A stretch of 45,796 bases of DNA from contig JBNMFK010000001.1 of NCBI GenBank assembly GCA_051269965.1, positions 1-45,796 of the forward strand. Reading direction: 5' to 3'. The translations under genes and the position numbers were made by a program. The notes under the pieces were generated by a model. The model saw only the letters and a list, made by a program, of their open reading frames with translations, had not been told where the DNA came from and searched no databases. Below are positions 38,171-45,796 of this stretch, in pieces. This DNA is from Algoriphagus sp. GTDB lineage: Bacteria; Bacteroidota; Bacteroidia; Cytophagales; Spirosomataceae. Numbering within the stretch: position 1 is the first letter of the stretch; every line of letters begins with the position of its first letter.

Positions 38171-38952
38171 GTCTTTTGGTATCTAAAATCACATTGATGT
38201 GCCCCATTTGCAATGGTGCCGGCTCGTATGAGTTCCATGCCAGAAAAACCTGATGTCACTTTATCTACCTCACAGAGAATACTGGTATAACGCTCCATTT
38301 GATGCTTTTTGAAAAGCTTGCAAATCCCACAATCTTTAACATCAAAACCGTAGCCAAAGCCAAGCGTTTCTGCATTTGCTTTTAAGAAGAAGGCTTTAAA
38401 ACCCTCCGGATGGGCTAAATCTTTAGACTTTTTATGAAGCCTGTTTATAAAAGGTTCAGCTAATTTGCTCTTCATCAGTTTAGGCAATAGTAATTTATAC
38501 CATTTATGAATTCTGTTTTTAGGCTTTGCATAGGCCTCGGCTACTTGTAAGCATAAGGTTTCTATTTTATCAAAACCAACTTTATCAGTCTCTAAAACCT
38601 GAATCATGGCTAAAAAGTATGCTGCAAATGGCAACTTTTTGTCCAATGGATTTTTAGACTTTAAGGCGAATCTAATGGAGTCACTGAGATTATCATTTTC
38701 ACTTTCTATGCTTTTAATGATGTCTTTAAAACTATCGGGATAACTAGCTTCCAGTACTTTCTTGAAATATCCTCTAAAATTGTTTCTCAAATAAAGAATG
38801 GCCGTGATGGCTGCAATAGTATCTGCTACAGGAAAAAGAAGTAAAAACCAATAAGACCAGTAACCGGAGTAATAGAGCAAGGCTGTTATTAACCATTTGG
38901 ATGCCATAAAAAGTAGACCGTAGAGGACTGTCTTTTTTAGCTTGGCTTTCAT
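38167..38952 (-). CDS. L-2-amino-thiazoline-4-carboxylate hydrolase-like (ATC hydrolase family) protein with N-terminal TM segments
   Basis: FDVKDCGICKLF, ILCEVD, L.RAGTIANGAHQCDFRY; real start likely 38952 or 38964 because TATCTTTG lies at 38979-72 and the longer ORF would overlap the divergent gene. Confidence 0.8.
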   Translation of the reverse strand: MKAKLKKTVLYGLLFMASKWLITALLYYSGYWSYWFLLLFPVADTIAAITAILYLRNNFRGYFKKVLEASYPDSFKDIIKSIESENDNLSDSIRFALKSKNPLDKKLPFAAYFLAMIQVLETDKVGFDKIETLCLQVAEAYAKPKNRIHKWYKLLLPKLMKSKLAEPFINRLHKKSKDLAHPEGFKAFFLKANAETLGFGYGFDVKDCGICKLFKKHQMERYTSILCEVDKVTSGFSGMELIRAGTIANGAHQCDFRYQKT

Positions 38953-39088
38953 GGGTTTCGTCATCACCTTACAAAGATACCACTTAGTTTTAAGAAATAG
39001 TGCCAAAGATATACAGGCTGATAGTGAATAGTCACTTAAAGAGCCGTTTGAATTCCCTAAATTTGGACACCAATAAAACCTATTTGAA

Positions 39089-40372
39089 ATGAAAAAAATA
39101 CTGTTTTTGTACTTAGGCATATGTTCCATTGCCTTAGCCCAAACGCCATCCTCTCAAAACTCACCTTTTTTAAGCCCAGCATCTCCAGAATCTGTGGGTA
39201 TGTCGGCAGAGCGACTTGGTAGAATAGACCAAATGATAGAAATGGCCATTGCCGATCGGGTTATTCCTGGTGCAGTAGCCATCGTGTGCCGAAATGGTAA
39301 AATAGTCTACCATAAGGCATTCGGCAAGTCTAATGTACAGAATGATAAGGACTTTAAAACAGACGATATTTTCAGGATTGCTTCGCAGTCTAAAGCTATC
39401 ACAACTACGGCTGCCATGATGCTTTGGGAGGAAGGTAAGTTTTTTCTAGATGACCCCATCTCTAAATACATTCCTGAGTTCAAGGATCCAACTTTGCTTA
39501 ATAGTTTTCGAATGGCCGACAGCAGCTATACCACCAAACCCGCTGGTAGAGAAATAACTGTTCGTCATCTTATAAATCATACCTCTGGTTTAGGTTATGG
39601 TGTTATTGATGGAGATAAGCGTTTTCAGGCAATATATAAAAAAGCGGGTATTACAGATTTGTTTACTACCCAGCCTGTCACTATCGAAGAGAGTGTAAAG
39701 AAATTGGCCAAATTACCACTTCACCATTCCCCTGGTGACGCCTTTGTCTATTCGGAGGGTCTGGATGTTTTGGGTTATTTTATTGAAGTTGTTTCGGGAA
39801 TGAAGCTAGATAAGTACTTCGCAGAGCATATTTTTAAGCCTCTAAAAATGGAAGATACCTTCTTTTATTTACCCGCCGATAAGGGAGGTCGCTTAGTAGA
39901 AATTCAGACAAAAACGGATAACAAATGGATGCCTTTTACAGATGATTTTTATGATGTAAATTATCCTAAAATAGGAGCCAAAAAGTTCTTCTCTGGTGGA
40001 GCAGGACTGTCTAGTACCGCAAAAGATTATGCTACTTTTTTACAGATGTATCTTAATAAAGGAGAGTTAAATGGTACTCGTCTATTATCGCGTAAAACCA
40101 TAGAGTTTATGCTCATGAATCAGGTAGGTGACTTACGTGGAGATTCCGACGATTTTGGCTTAGGTTATGGGCTGGTGAATAGGGCTGGTGCTACCAAAGG
40201 TGGTCAAGGTAGCGAAGGTACCTTTATTTGGGGCGGCTATTTTAATACCCAATATTTTGCCGATCCTAAAGAAAACTTGATAGGGATTATCATGAAGCAG
40301 ACACAGCAAATAGGTGGAGATTATACCAGCGGTATGTTTAAGCAATTGGTTTCGCAAGCCATAGATGACTAA
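39089..40372 (+). CDS. Serine hydrolase, beta-lactamase/class C-like family, secreted
   Basis: PESVGMSAERL, FRIASQSK (SxxK), LDDPISKYIPEF, LINHTSG, Y-S motif, GAGLSSTA.DY, WGGYFNT; TAAATTTG -7 at 39058. Confidence 0.92.
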   Translation: MKKILFLYLGICSIALAQTPSSQNSPFLSPASPESVGMSAERLGRIDQMIEMAIADRVIPGAVAIVCRNGKIVYHKAFGKSNVQNDKDFKTDDIFRIASQSKAITTTAAMMLWEEGKFFLDDPISKYIPEFKDPTLLNSFRMADSSYTTKPAGREITVRHLINHTSGLGYGVIDGDKRFQAIYKKAGITDLFTTQPVTIEESVKKLAKLPLHHSPGDAFVYSEGLDVLGYFIEVVSGMKLDKYFAEHIFKPLKMEDTFFYLPADKGGRLVEIQTKTDNKWMPFTDDFYDVNYPKIGAKKFFSGGAGLSSTAKDYATFLQMYLNKGELNGTRLLSRKTIEFMLMNQVGDLRGDSDDFGLGYGLVNRAGATKGGQGSEGTFIWGGYFNTQYFADPKENLIGIIMKQTQQIGGDYTSGMFKQLVSQAIDD

Positions 40373-40591
40373 ACGCTGGAGCTTTTACGCTCCTTTATTC
40401 ACTAAATAAAATTCACTATCCTTTGTATGTAGGACAGATTCCTAGAGAGGAATAATGGAGGGAGTTAATTTAGAGGAAGACCGTCAAGACTTTATTTCCT
40501 TGGTCCATGAATCATACAAAACAAAATCTACCTGTATGATTTTCTTATTTTCTATCATGTGGGGAAGCTATTTGTTCCATGGGGCTTTCAT

Positions 40592-40891
40592 CTAAAATAC
40601 GATGTCACAGTTGATGGGATAAGACATATGATTTTTGTGAACCAATGGCGTCTTTCTATCCTTCTTGTGGTCTGAGAATTGGTACGACCTATGCTTTCTC
40701 GAGTAGGAGTGGAGGAGCCTTTGGCTTAGAAAGAGTTTGGCTCTTATTTCTAAGGCAGACGCCAAATGGTCCGCTATCTCTTCCTGAACATCATAATGAT
40801 CTACATAATGTCTTTCGCTAAAGCGGAAGAGCTCCTTTACTTGTTCTTTGTTGAGTTGCACGCTATACGGCTCGTTTTCTTTTCGCTTCAA
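40592..40891 (-). pseudogene. Truncated/frameshifted PadR-associated membrane protein (second copy)
   Basis: N-terminal motif LNKEQVKELFRFSERHYVDHYDVQEEIADHLASALE, after which similarity is lost and no TM region follows in frame. Confidence 0.65.
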
Positions 40892-40899
40892 TAACTAGT

Positions 40900-41594
40900 T
40901 TAAATTGTGCCCAAGAAACAGAAAGGACTCTAGCACTACCTATTAAATGAGCTATTTGATATCAAATCGGCTTTTCACTTTTAGTACCAAATTTGAACAA
41001 AATATTACTTAACTGAAAAACCAAATTCAGCACCATAGGGAACCCAACACTTGACATCATCATTATTCTGAACTTTACCTTTTCATGTAATAATCTATTT
41101 TTACGTACTTCTATTCCTAAATAGTTATTAACTAACTATTTGTATTATTTTTCAAATTGATATATTCACGGAATTATAAAAAGTGGCGTGATGTAAAACA
41201 CAAAGAATAGGTCTCCTTTGGGCATCAAAAATAATTGGTTTTGGGTATAAAAAGATTAAAACATAGCTCCAAAAAATAAGCTTTAAACTAAGGCCCTATA
41301 AGACAAAAACTGTTCTTTCATCTTGCTTTTAATGGCACCTTTTACCTCTATTTTAATATTGTTAGTATAGTCTGTTTCAAAAGCCTTTAAACCTCTAGTT
41401 CCATTAAAATTTAGACCTGTGAAGTCCTTTTGAGCGATCTTAAATACACTTTCAAAACTTACATCCTCGGAAGGCTTAGATTTAATCTTTTAAATGAAAT
41501 GGTTTAAGACTTCATCATAGAAGTTTTGATACTCCAAACTCCAATCCAGTAGATGGTGCCATATGATTTCTATTTACTGTGGGGTGAGTTTCAG
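40900..41594 (-). pseudogene. Pseudogene of PadR-associated membrane protein (first copy)
   Basis: Overlaps the padR stop (CTGA where ATGA coupling is expected): xKLTPQ*IEIIWHHLLDWSLEYQNFYDEVLNHFI*KIK...RGLKAFE..Y...EQFLSYRALV*; several in-frame stops; 3' limit approximate. Confidence 0.7.
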
Positions 41595-41938
41595 GTAGAA
41601 CCAAGTTTTGGATTCAAAATAAGGTTCAAATTCACGGCAGAGGCTTTCAATTCTGCAATACTATCTTTAGCTACTACATTACCTTTTGGTGTAATCTTGT
41701 AGTACTTCCTTATCCTACCATCCACCTTCACCGTTTTGGCTGTAAGTATATCTTCAGCCTCTAGTTTGTGAAGAATAGGATATAAAGCTCCCTCGGTGAT
41801 ACTAATATCATCTTTGGTAAGCTCTTTCACTTTTTGAGTTATTTCATAACCGTACATTCGGCTATCATCATGCAATAGTTTTAAGACTATCGTACTCGGG
41901 TTCCCCCTTTGATATGTTACTACATTTGAGACAAACAA
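41591..41938 (-). CDS. PadR family transcriptional regulator (N-terminus possibly eroded)
   Basis: TIVLKLL, MYGYEI, ITEGALYPILHKLE, GRIRKYYKITPKG; start codon uncertain (TTG). Confidence 0.88.
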   Translation of the reverse strand: MFVSNVVTYQRGNPSTIVLKLLHDDSRMYGYEITQKVKELTKDDISITEGALYPILHKLEAEDILTAKTVKVDGRIRKYYKITPKGNVVAKDSIAELKASAVNLNLILNPKLGST

Positions 41939-41950
41939 TTGAGCTCAAAT

Positions 41951-41985
41951 ATGCATACTTTCTTCATGCATCAGTTTCTTGGGTA
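41951..41985. promoter_or_regulatory. Candidate PadR operator, tandem 15-bp-period ATGCAT boxes
   Basis: atgcat-actttcttc-atgcat-cagtttcttg-ggtat directly upstream of padR, overlapping a CATATTTG near -7 element on the minus strand. Confidence 0.55.
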
Positions 41986-42147
41986 TGCTATGTTGGAGCG
42001 ATATATAGATTTGGGATCCCTAAACTTTAAGATAGCTACAAATCGAATTAGTCCTTTGATTATTACGACGATATTACCAGACCGTTCCTTAAGAGACTAT
42101 CGTCTTATCAGTTGAGAGAAACTTGCTTCTCGAATTCACAAAAGAGA

Positions 42148-42981
42148 TTAAACCAGTTTAATACCTTCTAGTTCTATGGTGATAAGCTTTTGTTTGTAAA
42201 GGCTGCCAATGGCTCTCTTAAAAGCCTTTTTGCTCATTTCTAAAGTACCTTGAATTTCAGAAGAGTCTGATTTATCAGAAAGCGCTAGCTCACCGCCATT
42301 GGCTTGAAGTGTTTCCAAAACCTTTCGAGCATTAGGCTCGTTAATATTTTCGTATCCTTGCTTTTGTAAGCTTATATCTATTTTGCCGTCTTCACGCACA
42401 GCCTTCACAAAACCCTTGGTGCTATCTCCCCAAGCTATCCGTTGGAAAATTTCATTCTCGTAAATTAGGCCACGATACTTGTGATTTACAGCTACATTAA
42501 AGCCTAAATCAGTTTTGTCAAGAATAAGTAAATCTACCTGTTCACCTTCTTTCAGTTCAATATCTTCAAACTCAAAATGCCTGTTTAGTCTACAAGAACC
42601 CACCAGACGATCTGTATCCTTATCTAGATATAGATAAATTACAGTATAATCTCCTTCTCTAAGTTTTTGGTTTTGCTCTCTAAAAGGAACAAAAAGGTCT
42701 TTTTCTAAACCCCAATTCAAAAAAGCACCAATTCCAGTAGCCGCACTAACCTGCAAACAGGCAAACTGATTTAGCTTGATTAAAGGCTCAATGGTGGTGG
42801 CTATTATCCTATCTTCAGAATCTCTGTAAAGAAAAACATCAATATCGTCTCCAACACTTAATCCTTCAGGAATGTACTTGTGAGGCAGTAGAACATCATT
42901 ATTCTCATCATCTGCCAGGTAAAAACCTACAGAAGTACCACGTAAAACTTTTAAGATATTTTGTTGACCAACGTTTAGCAT
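42148..42981 (-). CDS. cvfB: CvfB family S1 RNA-binding domain protein
   Basis: GFYL, VLLP..Y, VFLYRDSEDRIIATT, GAFLNWGLEKDLFVP, GLIY.NE, VREDGKID, MSKKAFKRAIGSLYK; ATG 42981. Confidence 0.9.
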   Translation of the reverse strand: MLNVGQQNILKVLRGTSVGFYLADDENNDVLLPHKYIPEGLSVGDDIDVFLYRDSEDRIIATTIEPLIKLNQFACLQVSAATGIGAFLNWGLEKDLFVPFREQNQKLREGDYTVIYLYLDKDTDRLVGSCRLNRHFEFEDIELKEGEQVDLLILDKTDLGFNVAVNHKYRGLIYENEIFQRIAWGDSTKGFVKAVREDGKIDISLQKQGYENINEPNARKVLETLQANGGELALSDKSDSSEIQGTLEMSKKAFKRAIGSLYKQKLITIELEGIKLV

Positions 42982-43025
42982 TTTCAAAGCTAGGCAATGT
43001 TCATCTTAGATTGATTAATATTTCA

Positions 43026-43033
43026 TAATTTTG
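43026..43033 (+). promoter_or_regulatory. -7 promoter element for lysS
   Basis: TAATTTTG about 57 nt upstream of the ATG. Confidence 0.55.
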
Positions 43034-43090
43034 CATTCTTTTTCAGATAGAAATGGCTAAACCATTTCATTATACAAAGAATCAAAATAG

Positions 43091-44812
43091 ATGTTACTGA
43101 ACGAACAAGAAATCCTAAGGAGACAAAAGAGAGAGGAGTTGATGAAAATGGGGATTGATCCTTATCCACCAGAACTTTATGAAATCAATGCTAACTCTGC
43201 TCAAATAAAAGCAGAATTCGATTCCGAAAAGGGCAATTTCCAAAAAGTAAGCATGGCTGGTAGGCTAATGAGCATAAGAGGAAAAGGTAGTGCCTCTTTT
43301 GCTGAAATCCAAGATAGCTCAGGAAGAATTCAAGTCTACTTTAAAAGAGATTCTATTTGCCCTGATGAGGACAAAACCATGTATAATATCGTCTTCAAGC
43401 GTCTTTTAGATATTGGAGACATTATTGGCATAGAAGGCCACGCCTTTGTAACCCAGGTAGGAGAAACGTCCATTCATGTTTCCTCCTATAAGATTCTTAA
43501 TAAAGCCTTAAAACCACTTCCAGTGGTCAAAAGAGACCAAGACGGAAACATTTTTGACGGCTTTACGGACCCTGAATTAAGGTATCGTCAACGTTATGTG
43601 GATTTGATAGTAAATCCTGAGGTCAAAGATATTTTCATAAAAAGAGCAAAAATAATTTCTACGATGCGTACCATTTTTGATGGTAAAGGATGGCTAGAGG
43701 TCGAAACGCCTATACTCCAGCCTATTCATGGTGGAGCAGCAGCTAAGCCTTTCAAAACACATCATAATTCGCTAGATATGCCACTTTTTATGCGAATTGC
43801 CAACGAACTTTATTTAAAGCGACTTATCGTTGGTGGTTTTGATGGTGTATATGAGTTTGGTAAGATGTTCCGTAATGAAGGAATGGACAGAACCCATAAT
43901 CCTGAATTTACTGCCCTAGAATTTTATGTAGCTTATAAAGACTATGAATGGATGATGAATATGACCGAGGAAATCTTTGAAAAGGTAGCTCTGGCTGTTC
44001 ATGGGAAAACCAGTTTTCCTGTCGGTGAAAACCAAATTAATTTTGGTGGGCCATTTGAGAGATTAAGCATCTTAGGCTCTATTGAAAAATATACAGGTGT
44101 AGACCTAACTAACTTATCCGAAGAAGAAACTAAAAATCATTGTCAGCAATGGGGCATAGAAATAGACGGCTCCATGGGAAAGGCGAAACTGATTGACGAA
44201 ATATTTGGAGAGAAGGTAGAGGCTCATCTCATCCAACCCACATTCATCATAGATTATCCTTTGGAGATGTCGCCCCTGACTAAAAAACATAGAAGTAAAG
44301 AGGGTCTCGTTGAACGGTTTGAACTTTTTGTGAATGGTAAAGAAGTGGCAAATGCTTACACAGAGCTGAACGATCCTATTGATCAGAAAGAACGCTTTGA
44401 AGACCAACTAAAACTAGCTGCTCGTGGTGATGAAGAAGCGATGGTCATGGATGATGATTTCCTTAGGTCATTAGAGTACGGTATGCCGCCTACGTCTGGA
44501 ATTGGAATTGGAATAGATAGACTTACTATGCTATTGACCAATAATACGAGTATTCAGGAAGTTCTTTTCTTTCCGCAAATGCGTTCAGAAAAGAAAATCT
44601 TAGCGGCCGCTAATCAGGATTATGAAGCCATAGGTGTACCGGCAGTTTGGATTCCTGCTCTACAAAAAATGGGCTTTATGACCATAGAGTCTTTAAAAGA
44701 TGCTAATGCCAATAAAGTCTTTAACGATTTAGGTGGTGTAAGGAAGAAACTTAAAATAGAAGATAAACTTCCAGCTAAAGCGGATATAGAGAATTGGATT
44801 TCAGCTAGCTAA
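43091..44812 (+). CDS. lysS: Lysine--tRNA ligase (class II) with C-terminal helical extension
   Basis: AGRLMS, RYRQRYVDL, EVETP, GGAAAKPFKTHHN, RIANELYLKRL, FRNEG, ERFELF, NAYTELNDP, YGMPPTSGIGIGIDRL. Confidence 0.98.
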   Translation: MLLNEQEILRRQKREELMKMGIDPYPPELYEINANSAQIKAEFDSEKGNFQKVSMAGRLMSIRGKGSASFAEIQDSSGRIQVYFKRDSICPDEDKTMYNIVFKRLLDIGDIIGIEGHAFVTQVGETSIHVSSYKILNKALKPLPVVKRDQDGNIFDGFTDPELRYRQRYVDLIVNPEVKDIFIKRAKIISTMRTIFDGKGWLEVETPILQPIHGGAAAKPFKTHHNSLDMPLFMRIANELYLKRLIVGGFDGVYEFGKMFRNEGMDRTHNPEFTALEFYVAYKDYEWMMNMTEEIFEKVALAVHGKTSFPVGENQINFGGPFERLSILGSIEKYTGVDLTNLSEEETKNHCQQWGIEIDGSMGKAKLIDEIFGEKVEAHLIQPTFIIDYPLEMSPLTKKHRSKEGLVERFELFVNGKEVANAYTELNDPIDQKERFEDQLKLAARGDEEAMVMDDDFLRSLEYGMPPTSGIGIGIDRLTMLLTNNTSIQEVLFFPQMRSEKKILAAANQDYEAIGVPAVWIPALQKMGFMTIESLKDANANKVFNDLGGVRKKLKIEDKLPAKADIENWISAS

Positions 44813-44833
44813 TTAACTCTCATTCACTGTTTT

Positions 44834-44877
44834 AAAGCGGTAATGCCAAGATTCCAATGGCTTTACCGCTTTTTTTG
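44834..44877 (+). terminator. Intrinsic terminator of lysS
   Basis: aaagcggtaatgcca...tggctttaccgcttttttt, stem followed by a T-tract. Confidence 0.85.
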
Positions 44878-45379
44878 TAAAAAACTTATGCCAGTGCTGA
44901 TCCTATTTTTACAATAAAACAACATATCTTATTTGGATTAATATTTGTCAATAATGATAATACTCATTGTACTTATCCTATATAATATTAAATATTATTA
45001 TCTTTTTTATGGCATTTAGCCATTTTTACCATATTAAATTTTTTCACAAAGTATTTGTCGCGTACACTTGTTACATAATTACGAATTCAGAAGAATTAGC
45101 AAACGAAAACTTCCCATCCGACCGCTACAATGGTGAATGTTTTATCGGCTCTAAGCATACGCATAGAGTAAGATAAACAAAAGTAACTGTGTGGTATTAT
45201 CAATTAATTACTATTTAGGATCTTAAAAAGTCAATGTGCCAAAGAGGCAGCACGACAAATTTTTTGTTTGGCGTCTTCTCCGTTTCGGTTTTTGATAGAA
45301 CTGAGCGGTCGGGGTGAATCATTAATCGAGCGGAGAAAATGCTAAAATGAAAACTGGTCTTAATTTAAACTGAACTTAA

Positions 45380-45796
45380 ATGAAAAAAACTTTACTACTA
45401 AAAAGAATTTTGGCATTTCTCCTGTTTGGCTTTGTGGCTAATGCCCAAAGTATATCAGGGGTAGTTTCTTCTACTAAAGAAGGTCTTTTGCCAGGTGTTT
45501 CTGTAGCCATTAAGGGTACAACCATAGGGACTATTTCAGATATCGATGGAAAGTTTGCCCTTCAAGCTCCATCAACAAATTCTATAATAGTCTTTAGTGC
45601 TATTGGCTTTAATACCCAAGAAGAGGTTGTGGGCAATAAAACTTCGTTTGATATCAATCTTTTAATTGATAATAAAGTATTAAACGAAGTGGTGGTGACA
45701 GCCCTTGGAATTAGCCGTGAAAAAAAATCACTGGGTTTTTCTCAACAGGAAATATCTGGAGCCGCTCTTACAGAGGCGAGGTCTAACAACGTAGTC
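45380..45796 (+). CDS. SusC/RagA family TonB-linked outer membrane protein, 3'-truncated by window edge
   Basis: Manual translation MKKTLLLKRILAFLLFGFVANAQSISGVV...LPGVSVAIKGTTIGTISDIDGKF...LNEVVVTALGISREKKSLGFSQQEI; absent from the ORF track because there is no stop in the window. Confidence 0.93.
   Translation, partial: MKKTLLLKRILAFLLFGFVANAQSISGVVSSTKEGLLPGVSVAIKGTTIGTISDIDGKFALQAPSTNSIIVFSAIGFNTQEEVVGNKTSFDINLLIDNKVLNEVVVTALGISREKKSLGFSQQEISGAALTEARSNNVV

Noticed and set aside
38965-39129. N-terminal extension of the 320-aa ORF
   Set aside because: Overlaps the divergent serine hydrolase start and both -7 promoter motifs
837-44407. Numerous 60-111 aa ORFs nested in or antisense to long genes (e.g. 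1577..1849, 4144..4368, 9773..10066, 21614..21949, 31843..32139, 44114..44407)
   Set aside because: Shadow frames of well-supported genes with no recognisable motifs
44590-44812. LysS C-terminal extension as a novelty
   Set aside because: Such an extension is, as I recall, common in Bacteroidota LysS
44967-45176. 69-aa TTG-start ORF upstream of susC
   Set aside because: AT-rich promoter-region sequence with no supporting features
1-45796. CRISPR array, rRNA, prophage, integrase or known defence system
   Set aside because: No regularly spaced repeats or diagnostic genes seen; the CPBP/Abi-family protease sits in a housekeeping context

Overview
AT-rich chromosomal window from a Bacteroidota genome, most likely Cytophagales/Spirosomataceae-like. 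This is inferred from TAnnTTTG -7 promoter motifs, a SusC gene, T9SS-type and GC-terminated C-terminal domains, and Bacteroidota-type PurM and LysS. Housekeeping genes (ffh, fbaA, purM, dusB, lysS, cvfB, thioesterase, DgkA family, tRNA-Arg(CCG)) alternate with accessory blocks. (1) A DUF1549/DUF1553 cytochrome c lipoprotein, Tat DUF1501 and NHL beta-propeller operon; the third gene has two in-frame TAG stops inside its Tat signal. (2) A partly decayed, all-minus-strand stress-type island of about 10 kb downstream of the tRNA-Arg 3' end. It contains a small SHOCT protein, an aconitase with Ser replacing one Fe-S Cys, hflK-hflC without ftsH, PRC-barrel, HPF, DUF2892, OsmC and gene fossils, and is bounded on the left by a heavily eroded IS3-family element missed by the ORF track. 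(3) A tightly packed DUF1800, DUF1501, PA14x2 secreted protein and DNRLRE/lamin-tail secreted protein operon. (4) A PadR gene with two pseudogenised partner genes and a tandem operator-like repeat. (5) The 5' end of a susC gene preceded by a long G-U-rich hairpin. All family calls come from motif recognition by eye; no searches were run.
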